Counted from the stretch's first letter, positions 1-9,204 are shown. The stretch: DNA of 64,000 bases from Bacteroidales bacterium (GCA_017561935.1 JAFZBE010000041.1:26487-90486); one strand, 5' to 3'. Translations and numbers: made by a program. The notes: generated by a model from the letters alone, not told the origin.

Positions 1-1093
1 TCTGTGTGTTGCCGTATTGGATGTAGTAGATGCCGGGTTCGGTGACGCTCGAGAAGTCGAACTTCACATATTTATATTTAAAGTAATCACCCCAGATCGC
101 CACTGTGTCGCGATAAGCGTTTTCAGTACTTCCATCGGGTTTGATGCGGATGATCGAAGCCTCGCTCTGAACCTTGTCGAGCTTGTCGAGTTCGATCACG
201 GCCACCTTGGGCTGCTCGGGCAGGTATCCCACCTGACTAAAGCCGATGTTTGGTTCACGTATCCATCCGGGGACGGCATGTGGCTCGACGCGCCAGCTCA
301 CCACCTTGCCCGTCTTTCCGGCAGGCAGCACGCTGCGAAGCACATACCAGCCGTTCTGTGCCAGCACACGTCCGTCATACAGACTGAGTTCGGCATCGTT
401 GCTCGTCACCTTGATCATCCTTTCGGGAGCATCTGGTGCCAGGATGATTTCGTGTCCGCTTTCGAGAGGCTTTGGATCGACGAAGCGATCGGTACCACGG
501 TCATCGTAAGTCTTGAATCCCTTGAACTGACGTGGCTTCTCGGAATTGGGGCGAGTTTCTGTCTCGCTGGCGGCATAACGCGGGAAGCGATTCAATCGGC
601 CATCCATCAGGAAGGTCTTGAGCCAGTATTGCGAAGGCAGGAACTCGATGTTCAGTCCCGCCTCGCCTGCGATGGCATCGGGCACAGGTTTGTCGAGCCA
701 TACGGCAATCTCGACGGCTTCGCCTTGACCAGTCACAACGATGCGGCTGTCGAAGTCGTAGTCATCAAAGCGCAGACCCACTTCAATCTGTCCGGCTTCG
801 CGATTCACGGTGCGGCTGGTGGTCTTCGGCACAAGGTCCCATTGTTCGGGAGTCTTGTTCAGACGCACGGCTCCACCTTGCACGGTGCGCACGCCATGAT
901 GGATGATTTCAATGCCGGAGTTCTTCTCGTCATTGAAGCCACCATTGAAATGGTTGCTATAGACCAGTACATTGACACCCTGACGCTCGAAGTATTCGAG
1001 GTCGTTGAGTACCAGATCCTGTCTCACTTCCTGTTTGCTGTTGCATGCCGCGAGCAAGAGGAGCGAGGAGAGTAGTAGAAGGGATTTTTTCAT
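1..1093 (-). CDS. Glycoside hydrolase family 9 lipoprotein, 5' part (runs off window start)
   Basis: Not in the ORF track because it is truncated. Manual translation from ATG 1093 gives MKKSLLLLSSLLLLAAC (lipobox) and later EPNIGFSQVGYLPEQPKVAVIE, matching the N-terminal Ig-like domain motif of GH9 enzymes. The frame stays open to position 1. Confidence 0.8.
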   Translation of the reverse strand, partial: MKKSLLLLSSLLLLAACNSKQEVRQDLVLNDLEYFERQGVNVLVYSNHFNGGFNDEKNSGIEIIHHGVRTVQGGAVRLNKTPEQWDLVPKTTSRTVNREAGQIEVGLRFDDYDFDSRIVVTGQGEAVEIAVWLDKPVPDAIAGEAGLNIEFLPSQYWLKTFLMDGRLNRFPRYAASETETRPNSEKPRQFKGFKTYDDRGTDRFVDPKPLESGHEIILAPDAPERMIKVTSNDAELSLYDGRVLAQNGWYVLRSVLPAGKTGKVVSWRVEPHAVPGWIREPNIGFSQVGYLPEQPKVAVIELDKLDKVQSEASIIRIKPDGSTENAYRDTVAIWGDYFKYKYVKFDFSSVTEPGIYYIQYGNTQ

Positions 1094-1276
1094 AGCTTAT
1101 AAATATTTATAAAATGAACTGTCTTTCGATGGACTATATGTCGCCGACAAAGGTACTTATTTTTTTTCAAAGAGACAAATAATTTTGCACAAATGAACAT
1201 ATTAGGTAGATTTTTGTTACAATAATACCACGAATAATTTGGAGAAATTGCAGATTATTTGTATCTTTGCCCCGCT

Positions 1277-1999
1277 ATGAAGAAATACAAGGATCTTTTC
1301 ATCGACTTCGACGACACGCTTTACGACACCCACGGCAATGCCAAGCTTGCCTTGGCAGAACTGTACGAGGATTTCAATCTGGGACGATATTTCGAGCGAC
1401 TCGAGGATTTCACCGTTCCCTATTGGCAGACCAATGTCGAACTGTGGGGGCAGTATGCGCGTGGAGAGATCGATCGCCCCTATCTCATCGTCGAACGATT
1501 CCGCAGACCCCTTTCGCGTGGTTTTGTAAGTCCTGGCGTGCCTTTCGCTCCCACTGCAGAATATTGTCTGGAGGTGAGCGATCACTTCCTCGACCTTTGT
1601 GCCGACAAGCCCGGTGTCGTCGCGGGTGCACATGAACTGATGAAGTATCTGCGTGCGAAGGGCTATGGACTGCACCTTTGCAGCAATGGTTTCCATGAGG
1701 TACAGTATCGCAAATTGCGGGCCTCGAAGATGGAGGAATTCTTCGATACCGTCATACTGAGCGAAGATGCCGGAGCCAACAAGCCCCTTCGTGCCTACTT
1801 CGACTATGCCATGGAAAAGACGGGTGCCAAGGTCGAAACCACTTTGATGATTGGTGACACCTTCGACACCGATATCCTCGGTGCCAAGGCATACGGCCTC
1901 GATGTAATGTTCTTCAATCGCAATCCCCGAACGTTCCATCCGTCCGAGCCCGTCAACTTCGAGGTGCACTCGTTGCGCGAGATAATGGGAATCCTATAA
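1277..1999 (+). CDS. yjjG: YjjG-family HAD noncanonical pyrimidine nucleotidase
   Basis: HAD motifs [15 protein letters not shown] and [13 protein letters not shown]; TATCTTTG promoter element at 1262. Confidence 0.85.
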   Translation: MKKYKDLFIDFDDTLYDTHGNAKLALAELYEDFNLGRYFERLEDFTVPYWQTNVELWGQYARGEIDRPYLIVERFRRPLSRGFVSPGVPFAPTAEYCLEVSDHFLDLCADKPGVVAGAHELMKYLRAKGYGLHLCSNGFHEVQYRKLRASKMEEFFDTVILSEDAGANKPLRAYFDYAMEKTGAKVETTLMIGDTFDTDILGAKAYGLDVMFFNRNPRTFHPSEPVNFEVHSLREIMGIL

Positions 2000-2147
2000 A
2001 AAACAAACAATTTAACCGTCCCGAAGGATTTTCTGCACGAAGTGCAATTTTCTGCTGTCATTGGGACAGCACATTTTCCGGCCAAGTCTCCGCTATTGGA
2101 GCGAGAGACGAGGCCATTTTCACCAAATAATCAATGAAAACATTTCT

Positions 2148-2861
2148 ATGACACAATACGACATACAACAAATCTTCGATTTCCTTCGTGAAATCAAGTA
2201 TAATAACACCGTGGAGTGGATGCACGCCAATCGGGCGAAGTATGAACGGGCGCGCGACACGTTCTACGCGCTCAGCGTAGATATCATGGGCCGGATGGCA
2301 CAGATTGACCCCTTGTTGCGCGGGCTTGACCCCAAGCAGTGCATATTCCGTTTTGCACGCGACACGCGTTTCTCGTGGGACAAGAGCCCGTACAAGACGC
2401 ATTTCGGCCTCTATCTTGTCCCCGGTGGCAAGAAGTGTGTGGGTGGAGGCTATTACTTTCATCTGCAGCCCAGGAACGAGGATGGCGAATACTCCGAAAA
2501 CTCGATGATCGATGTTGGCGTGCATTGTCCTCCTACAGCGGCTGCGAAGATTATCCGTCAGGCCATCTTTGACGAAGGACAGGAGCTGCGCGATGCAGTC
2601 GAGGCTGAGGAGGTACGCCGTTTCGGATACGTGTTTTGGTCGGAGGAGCATCTCAAGGTTTTGCCGAAGGAGTGGAGAAACAGCCCCTATGAAGACCTGA
2701 TACGCATGAAGGATTGGGACCTCTATCGAGATTTGTCCGAGGCCGAAGTCTTGGCTCCCGACCTTGTGGAACGTGTTGTCGAAGGCTTCCGCATCGGAAA
2801 GCCCGTCAATGATTTCTTCAATCGTGTGCTCGACAACACGAAAATTAAGTCCATTTTCTAA
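2148..2861 (+). CDS. DUF2461 (TIGR02453) family protein
   Basis: FLREIKYNNTVEW, IFRFARDTRFSWDKSPYKTHFG and GYYFHLQP motifs. Confidence 0.85.
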   Translation: MTQYDIQQIFDFLREIKYNNTVEWMHANRAKYERARDTFYALSVDIMGRMAQIDPLLRGLDPKQCIFRFARDTRFSWDKSPYKTHFGLYLVPGGKKCVGGGYYFHLQPRNEDGEYSENSMIDVGVHCPPTAAAKIIRQAIFDEGQELRDAVEAEEVRRFGYVFWSEEHLKVLPKEWRNSPYEDLIRMKDWDLYRDLSEAEVLAPDLVERVVEGFRIGKPVNDFFNRVLDNTKIKSIF

Positions 2862-3017
2862 ACATCTTTTTTGAGATTCTTTGCTCAAATAATGGTGTTA
2901 TAAAGATGCTTTTCGTATAAAGGTGGATGATAATAGCACATTTTTCCCTTCTTTTCTTGCATAATTGGATGAAATATCCTATCTTTGCGGCACAATAAAC
3001 CACAAAACAATTAAATT

Positions 3018-3704
3018 ATGAAAAACTATGTTTGGGCATTGATCCTGGGTATCGGAGTGGCACTGTCAGGCTACTTCATCTATCTTGGCATCGAACATTT
3101 TGCCAACAAGGATCGTCATGTTACTGTCAAGGGCCTTTCCGAGCGCGAAGTGATAGCCGACAAAGTGACCTGGTCGCTGTCGTTCAACGTCACCGGTAAT
3201 GCACTCGAGTTCCTCTACGAGAGTCTTGAGCCAAAGCAGGAGAAGCTCATCCGCTTCCTCAAGGCCAATGGCGTGCAGGAGGAAGAGATCTTCCGTGATG
3301 TGCCTTCTGCTGAAGACCGTTCGTCGTGGTACAACTGGAACGAGAAGAAGGGTCTCATTGACCGCTTTGTCGTTACAGGCCGACTGACCATCGTTTCCTC
3401 TGATGTCGAGAAGATCATGAACCTCCGCATGAAGCAGCTCGACCTGCTGAAGCAAGGTGTCATCCTCGACAACAGCTATTGCAGCTATGAATACACGGGA
3501 CTGAATGGCCTGAAGCCCGAGATGGTGGAGGAGGCCACGAAGAACGCCCGCATCGTGGCACAGAAGTTTGCCGAAGATGCCGGAGCAAAGCTCGGCAGCA
3601 TCTGCACCGCCCGTCAGGGCCAGTTCGAGATTGAAAGCGACGACGTTATGCCCCACAAGCGCAAAGTTCGCGTCGTTACCACCATCGATTACTATCTGAA
3701 GTAA
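3018..3704 (+). CDS. SIMPL (DUF541) domain protein
   Basis: N-terminal TM helix, VTVKGLSEREVIAD, ARQGQFEI and KVRVVTTIDYYL. Confidence 0.9.
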   Translation: MKNYVWALILGIGVALSGYFIYLGIEHFANKDRHVTVKGLSEREVIADKVTWSLSFNVTGNALEFLYESLEPKQEKLIRFLKANGVQEEEIFRDVPSAEDRSSWYNWNEKKGLIDRFVVTGRLTIVSSDVEKIMNLRMKQLDLLKQGVILDNSYCSYEYTGLNGLKPEMVEEATKNARIVAQKFAEDAGAKLGSICTARQGQFEIESDDVMPHKRKVRVVTTIDYYLK

Positions 3705-3728
3705 TCCCTTCCAATTTCTTCGAAACAG

Positions 3729-3780
3729 AAGTATCGCAAGTGAAGCACCTGAAATGGCGTCATCACTTGCGATACTTTTT
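3729..3780 (+). terminator. Intrinsic terminator after SIMPL gene
   Basis: 15-bp perfect inverted repeat AAGTATCGCAAGTGA / TCACTTGCGATACTT followed by a T run. Confidence 0.75.
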
Positions 3781-3794
3781 ATTCTCCCTTTGGC

Positions 3795-3869
3795 GCAGCG
3801 TCCATTTCGGCAAGTCGAAAACAAAAAGGGATAATAACATGAGAGGTCGCTTCGCTCAAAATCTCTCAA
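3795..3869 (+). repeat. About 75-bp dispersed element; second copy inverted at 43442-43514
   Basis: GCAGCGTCCATTTCGGCAA...ATAACAT..AGGTCGCTTCGCTCAAAAT.TCTCAA aligns with the reverse complement of 43442-43514. Confidence 0.85.
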
Positions 3870-4012
3870 CATCTTATCATAAAAATTGCTTATTTAAGTA
3901 ATTAGGAGGAGGAATCGGCTCAAAATTGGTGTGATTTATTCATTTTTAAGTTCACGATGAGCCGATAATTGGAAAATAATTACTATATTTGCACCGATTA
4001 AACACTCAAAGT

Positions 4013-4126
4013 GATTCCATTGACTACAAAAAGGCTATGCTTATTTTCTACGAACAAAATAATCTTTATGCCTTCAAGCAGATATTCATCGACCAGTTTG
4101 AGTTTGCGGTAAGAGAGTATTTTTGA
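4013..4126 (+). pseudogene. 3' remnant of a Fic/DOC-family gene
   Basis: Translates DSIDYKKAMLIFYEQNNLYAFKQIFIDQFEFAVREYF*, which I recognise as the C-terminus of Bacteroidales Fic proteins. The rest of the gene is absent. Confidence 0.6.
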
Positions 4127-4128
4127 AT

Positions 4129-4233
4129 TTAACGTTCCAAGACGATGGGCAGATGGTCGCTCAGGTTCAGCCGTTTGTATAGGGTATCGACCTTGAAGTC
4201 CTTGATGTTTGATTCTTCGGGAAACGCAATGCG
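4129..4233 (-). pseudogene. 3' remnant of an endonuclease/exonuclease/phosphatase-family gene
   Basis: Translates RIAFPEESNIKDFKVDTLYKRLNLSDHLPIVLER*; SDHxP is the EEP C-terminal motif. An in-frame stop lies immediately upstream. Confidence 0.6.
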
Positions 4234-4362
4234 TCATGCCACTGAAATGATCTAATGATTGTTAGATCAAAGGAGCAAGATCTAAAGATTGTTGTGGGAA
4301 GTTGTGAGGGATGGAGAAATAGATTATCTTTGCGGCAATGAATATCAAAAATAATAGCAAAG

Positions 4363-4815
4363 ATGAAAAGACTAAAGAAGAAAGAGATGGAGCAGATGTT
4401 GCTCGCAAACCATTGGGTGCGACATGAAGACTGTGACAACCGGGATTTGGGGTGGCAGGAACTCACGGAAGCATTACTGCATAGTGAACAGCTGGAAGCA
4501 TTATATCTGCACTATGTTTCACCAACACCCTCCCAATTGAAGGCATTGCTCTCCATGCGTCCCACTTACCGCAAGCGGTTCATGGTCTGTCATCTCATTA
4601 TGAACACTATACGCAAAGGACAGCTTGAAGAACTCGCCTCCGAACTCGAAGATGATAACTTCCGAATTTGCGACCAGTGCGGACTCCCGCATATCCATGG
4701 CTACATTATAGGCGACTGCGAACATTACTGCACGCAATATTGCCTCGTAGAAGCAGGCTTCAGCGAAGCAGACATCGATGGTGAGGATAATTACTTTACG
4801 GAGTATGGGAGGTGA
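4363..4815 (+). CDS. Hypothetical protein with C-terminal Cys cluster (possible Zn-binding)
   Basis: 150-aa ORF with CDQC...YCTQYC motif; TATCTTTG at 4325. Confidence 0.65.
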   Translation: MKRLKKKEMEQMLLANHWVRHEDCDNRDLGWQELTEALLHSEQLEALYLHYVSPTPSQLKALLSMRPTYRKRFMVCHLIMNTIRKGQLEELASELEDDNFRICDQCGLPHIHGYIIGDCEHYCTQYCLVEAGFSEADIDGEDNYFTEYGR

Positions 4816-4818
4816 GAA

Positions 4819-5055
4819 TCAATCGAACCTAAGCCAACGGCAACCTGCATAATCTTCAAGGAATTCTGTTTCAGTGTACCAGTCATATTCATTGTTTCGA
4901 GTGTGACCTATCAATTGGCTTTTCGAGTCGAACACAAGCCAATGAGTTGAAGTAAGGAACCCACCAGCAAGCCACAGGTTATATTCATGTACATGATTGG
5001 CGTCATTCTTTAGGTTTTCGAGCATCTGCTCAGTAGTAATCCATTTCTTTTCCAT
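4819..5055 (-). CDS. Small hypothetical protein
   Basis: 78-aa ORF convergent with the previous gene, A-rich sequence before the ATG, promoter-like TATATTTG just upstream on the minus strand. Confidence 0.6.
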   Translation of the reverse strand: MEKKWITTEQMLENLKNDANHVHEYNLWLAGGFLTSTHWLVFDSKSQLIGHTRNNEYDWYTETEFLEDYAGCRWLRFD

Positions 5056-5183
5056 AGTTTTTTCGGCAAATATAAGCGAATTAGTCGAGACTAAAAAATA
5101 TATTTGATCTATTTAGATCAGTTTTAGAATCTTTAGATCTCAATTCGATCTATTTTAACTCATGGGGCACTTTTAATGTACAC

Positions 5184-5220
5184 AAGCAAGCCATCTGAAA
5201 AGTATCGGCTTGCTTTTTTT
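5184..5220 (+). terminator. Terminator-like hairpin upstream of the 5250 promoter
   Basis: AAGCAAGCC...GGCTTGCTT followed by a T run. Confidence 0.6.
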
Positions 5221-5249
5221 CGTCCAAATTAGAAAAAAGAGGGAAAAGA

Positions 5250-5281
5250 TTTGGTGGTTTCAAAGAAAAGACCTATATTTG
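5250..5281 (+). promoter_or_regulatory. Bacteroidetes primary-sigma promoter
   Basis: TTTG (5250-5253), 20-nt spacer, TATATTTG (5274-5281): the canonical -33/-7 consensus. Confidence 0.75.
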
Positions 5282-5286
5282 CACCG

Positions 5287-5943
5287 GATAATTTATTTCC
5301 AATGCCCCTAAGGGAGTGCAGTATGACTGCCAGCGGGACATGACTTTGGAATCAGATTCCTCATAGTCGAACGACATAACATACTGGCCGCATTGACTAT
5401 TATTTTACGTTCACCGGAAAAGCCTAGGAAACTCATTCGGAATAATCGACGCCAAGAATAATGGTTGGTAGCCTTGGAAAGACGACTTTGCCCTAAAGAG
5501 TGAAGTCTGTCGTACGGTTGCCTTCTCGTTGCTAAAATAAAAGTTGATGCCCATCCTCCTCTGTGGAGTATGGGTTTTCAATTTTTTATTGCAACGAAGG
5601 GTTCCGTCCTAGGCTGCCTGGGTGGGCGAATAAAAAGTTGGAGATTCATGCTTCACTTTTATTATGTCCGTACTAGAGCTATTCTATCGATACTATGTAT
5701 TTTCATAGTCCTTGAAGAACATGTGATAAGGTTGATGCATTGCTAGAATTACATATAAGATGTAACATCGACCTATGTATATAGAAACACATTGTGCCAA
5801 GGTGGCACTACGCTATCTGGATTATCGAGTAGATGACATTGTCCAACTACTCAATGATCTTGATCCGATCAAACGAGAAACAAAATACTTCGAGCCTCAA
5901 ATAGGTTTTAGATCATAGATCTGCCTGTTTGAGGCTTTTTTTT
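5287..5943 (+). ncRNA. Putative large structured RNA or long cis-regulatory leader
   Basis: No ORF of 60 aa or more; about ten nested or serial inverted repeats; bounded by a consensus promoter and an intrinsic terminator. Confidence 0.55.
5893..5943 (+). terminator. Intrinsic terminator 25 nt upstream of the methyltransferase start
   Basis: AGCCTCAAATAGG / CCTGTTTGAGGCT stem followed by T8. Confidence 0.75.
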
Positions 5944-5968
5944 GTTCTTATAATACCAAAAGAAGGAA

Positions 5969-6895
5969 ATGGCAAAACCGTTTATAAAGTGGGTAGGTGG
6001 AAAAAGCCAGCTCATCCCTCAACTTGAGGCATTGCTTCCATCAAATTTCACTTCATGGCAGAATGTAACTTACATAGAACCATTCATAGGAGGTGGGGCA
6101 ATGTTGTTCTATATGCTTAAAACGCATTCAAACATTACCCGTGCAGTAATCAACGATATAAATGCGGACTTGACAACTTGCTATCTCACTGTGCGTGACC
6201 ATCCCAATGAACTTATCAAGTTATTAAAGCAAATACAAATGCAGTACCATGCATTGCTCGATGAAGATGCGCGTCGTGATTACTATATGGCCATGCGCGA
6301 CCGTTTCAATACCAACTCTCTTGATTCCATCGAGAATACCTGTCTATTCATCTTCCTTAACCGCACTTGCTTCAATGGACTTTATCGTGTGAATCGAAAA
6401 GGGTTGTTCAATGTGCCTTTTGGAAGATATGACAACCCAATGATTTGTGATACAGAAACAATCCTCAGTGATAGTTTGTTACTTCAAAACGTTGAAATAC
6501 TCACTGGAGATTTCCGTCAAACGATAAACTATGCACAAACTTCCTCACTTTTCTATTTTGACCCTCCCTACAGACCATTGAGCGACACATCAAGCTTTAA
6601 CGATTATTCAAAAGAGGCTTTTGATGATGCAGCTCAAATACGGTTAAAAGAATTCTGTGATGAGGTAAATGCTGCTGGGCATTCTTTCATGCTTAGTAAT
6701 TCCGATCCAAAAGGCAAAAATGGTGACACCTTCTTCGACGACCTCTATTCAGAGTATATTATCGACAGAGTTTGGGCATCAAGGAATGTCAATGCAAATG
6801 CCTCTAAACGAGGAAAGTTAACAGAGATTTTAGTACATAACTATGTAGTTCATCCTACATTCAGTGAAGATTTATTTCCAGATTTAAATATTTAA
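5969..6895 (+). CDS. dam: Dam-family (D12) adenine methyltransferase, DpnM/M.MboIA-like, GATC-specific
   Basis: KWVGGKSQL, EPFIGGGA, FNGLYRVN.KG.FNVPFGRY and DPPY motifs. Confidence 0.95.
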   Translation: MAKPFIKWVGGKSQLIPQLEALLPSNFTSWQNVTYIEPFIGGGAMLFYMLKTHSNITRAVINDINADLTTCYLTVRDHPNELIKLLKQIQMQYHALLDEDARRDYYMAMRDRFNTNSLDSIENTCLFIFLNRTCFNGLYRVNRKGLFNVPFGRYDNPMICDTETILSDSLLLQNVEILTGDFRQTINYAQTSSLFYFDPPYRPLSDTSSFNDYSKEAFDDAAQIRLKEFCDEVNAAGHSFMLSNSDPKGKNGDTFFDDLYSEYIIDRVWASRNVNANASKRGKLTEILVHNYVVHPTFSEDLFPDLNI

Positions 6896-6908
6896 TAATC
6901 GATATAAA

Positions 6909-7757
6909 ATGAGTGCACACACACAACAGGAATTCAAGACTTTTATGTCTCAATTGCAAACCACAAATCAGTCATTAGATTTCTTTTGTGATTTTGATAA
7001 GATTAGTCAGAATGTACAAGAAATCAAATTAAGTCTATGCACACTTAATAGCCTTATTGGCGCTCAAGATATGCGTGCTGCAGTAGAGGCGATTTGGCGC
7101 CGTGACAAATCTGCATTCAGCGTAATGGATATTCTTATTGCAGTAAGAAGCGAAGGTAAGAAGGCTGTCCTTAATTCCTTGAATAAATGTGTCATCTTAG
7201 ATTCTTTGTTCGCATCTGTTGATGGCGTTATGGAATTTCTTGAAAACACGGGCCTTAAGGAAATCTTTCAAAAGCAAAAGATTAAGAATCTTGTCGATTA
7301 TGTTTTTGGCATAGAAACAGGTTTAGATTCTAATGCTCGCAAGAATCGTAGTGGGCACGTCATGGAAAATGTAATCGATAATTTATTAACACAAAATGGC
7401 ATCATACACAGAAAGGAAATTTTTTCTAGTGAATGGCCTAAATTATCTCACGAACTGGGCAGTGACGAAAAAAGATTTGACTTCGTAGTAGAAACGAAAC
7501 AAAAGGTATATTTAATAGAAGTAAATTTTTATAGTGGTGGAGGTTCTAAGTTGAACGAAGTCGCACGTTCTTATTCTGATTTAGCACCTAAAATTAATTC
7601 AGTTGCAGGATTTGAATTTGTTTGGATTACAGATGGTATTGGATGGCTATCAGCTAAGAATAAGTTGGAAGAGGCATATTATAACATACCAAAGGTCTAT
7701 AACCTTACCGATATTAAAGAATTCATTCAAATAGTTAAAACTGAAGGGCAGAACTAA
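6909..7757 (+). CDS. DpnII/MboI-family type II restriction endonuclease
   Basis: DYVFGIETGLDSNARKNRSG, EVNFYSGGGSKLNEVAR and FVWITDG.GW motifs. Confidence 0.92.
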   Translation: MSAHTQQEFKTFMSQLQTTNQSLDFFCDFDKISQNVQEIKLSLCTLNSLIGAQDMRAAVEAIWRRDKSAFSVMDILIAVRSEGKKAVLNSLNKCVILDSLFASVDGVMEFLENTGLKEIFQKQKIKNLVDYVFGIETGLDSNARKNRSGHVMENVIDNLLTQNGIIHRKEIFSSEWPKLSHELGSDEKRFDFVVETKQKVYLIEVNFYSGGGSKLNEVARSYSDLAPKINSVAGFEFVWITDGIGWLSAKNKLEEAYYNIPKVYNLTDIKEFIQIVKTEGQN

Positions 7758-7881
7758 AGATTAAAAGACAAAGCATAAAATGTTGATTGGGAAAGTAATT
7801 TCCAAAATACAGTTATTGATTTAGATAAATACAATAGCATAGAATTAGCAAAAACTTGTCGATACAGAATAATAACATAAT

Positions 7882-8772
7882 ATGATAACCTCAGTATATA
7901 AATCTTCAAACCGAGACTTCACATTGCTGCAAGGCGACTGCACTGAACTCATGCCTCAAATAAAGAACGTGAACTTCAAATTCGACATGATTTTTGCAGA
8001 CCCTCCTTATTTCCTTTCTAACGGAGGCATCTCCGTTCAGTCAGGAAAAGTGGTTTGTGTAGATAAGGGAGATTGGGATAAGGGCGGCTCTCCTGAATAC
8101 ATGAAGGAGTTCAATCATAAATGGCTAAGTTGTTGCAGAGACCTACTTAAAGATAATGGAACCATTTGGATTAGTGGCACCTACCACAATATCTTTAGTG
8201 TAGCTACAGAGCTAACTGAACTTGGATTTAGGATTTTGAATTGTGTTACATGGGCAAAGACCAATCCACCACCAAACATTTCCTGTCGTTTCTTTACTTA
8301 TAGCACAGAGTTCGTTCTTTGGGCACGTAAGAGTCCAAAGAAACCGCATTATTTCAATTATGAACTAATGCGTGCTATCAATGAGGGAAAGCAAATGACG
8401 GACGTTTGGAGCCTACCAGCTATTGCCCCATGGGAAAAATCTTGTGGTAAACATCCAACACAAAAGCCATTATCATTACTAACACGCATTATCCTTGCTT
8501 CAACCAAGGATAATGCCTGGATTCTCGATCCATTCAGTGGAAGCAGTACAACAGGTATAGCAGCAAATTTAACAAATCGTCGTTTCCTGGGCATTGAGCA
8601 AGAACAAGAGTTCATCGACATTAGCATCAAACGTCGAGAGGAACTAGAAGACAACAAAATACGCGGCAACTATCGAAAGAAACTGAATGACCTACAGATC
8701 GCAAAGAAGTTTATTTCCCAAGAAGCCGACATTTCATTTGTCGAGGATGAAGAAATAGATTTGCCTTTCTAA
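7882..8772 (+). CDS. Beta-class DNA methyltransferase, DpnA/M.MboIB-like
   Basis: IFADPPYFLSNGG, GKHPTQKP and LDPFSGSSTTG motifs. Confidence 0.92.
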   Translation: MITSVYKSSNRDFTLLQGDCTELMPQIKNVNFKFDMIFADPPYFLSNGGISVQSGKVVCVDKGDWDKGGSPEYMKEFNHKWLSCCRDLLKDNGTIWISGTYHNIFSVATELTELGFRILNCVTWAKTNPPPNISCRFFTYSTEFVLWARKSPKKPHYFNYELMRAINEGKQMTDVWSLPAIAPWEKSCGKHPTQKPLSLLTRIILASTKDNAWILDPFSGSSTTGIAANLTNRRFLGIEQEQEFIDISIKRREELEDNKIRGNYRKKLNDLQIAKKFISQEADISFVEDEEIDLPF

Positions 8773-8905
8773 TAGTTATAATAAAACGAATTAGGCAGAC
8801 TTGCCATTGAGTGAGGCTGCCTTTCGTATATTTAATCGAATTATAATGTTAAATAATGATAAAAGGTTCTATCTTCCAATTATTCTTTGTATCTTCGCAC
8901 CCGAT

Positions 8906-9082
8906 ATGAAATACAAAGTTACAATACGTGAAACATTAGAGCGCACATTGGATGTAGAGGCAAACTCTGCTCAAGAAGCAGAGTTGTCTGTTCGTCAGGA
9001 CTACCACAATAGTATCATCGTGCTCGACGATGGCGACTTTATTGATACAATAATCATGGTTCAACAATTAACCTGCAAATAA
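8906..9082 (+). CDS. DpnD/PcfM-like small protein
   Basis: MKYKVTIRETLERTLDVEANSAQEA...Y...IVLDDGDF fits the DpnD/PcfM pattern; promoter-like TATCTTCG at about 8890. Confidence 0.7.
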   Translation: MKYKVTIRETLERTLDVEANSAQEAELSVRQDYHNSIIVLDDGDFIDTIIMVQQLTCK

Positions 9083-9204
9083 CTGAAATAACTTTTGAAA
9101 GCGAACAAGTTAATTTTCGAAGATGCTCATCTATTTCTATTAGAAAAGAAGGGTGTTGTTTTTCATATACTATACAATGTTTTTTCATTTAAATATAATA
9201 AGTT

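Noticed and set aside
17-1075. 352-aa plus-strand ORF
   Set aside because: Antisense shadow of the GH9 gene on the minus strand.
5101-5160. oriC-like unwinding element (GATCTATTT resembles E. coli 13-mers)
   Set aside because: I saw no DnaA boxes or origin-linked genes, and the site lies in an accessory island.
5287-5943. Group I/II intron, tmRNA, RNase P or retron ncRNA
   Set aside because: I could not find their conserved motifs, no host gene is interrupted, and there is no reverse transcriptase in the window. An Rfam search is still needed.
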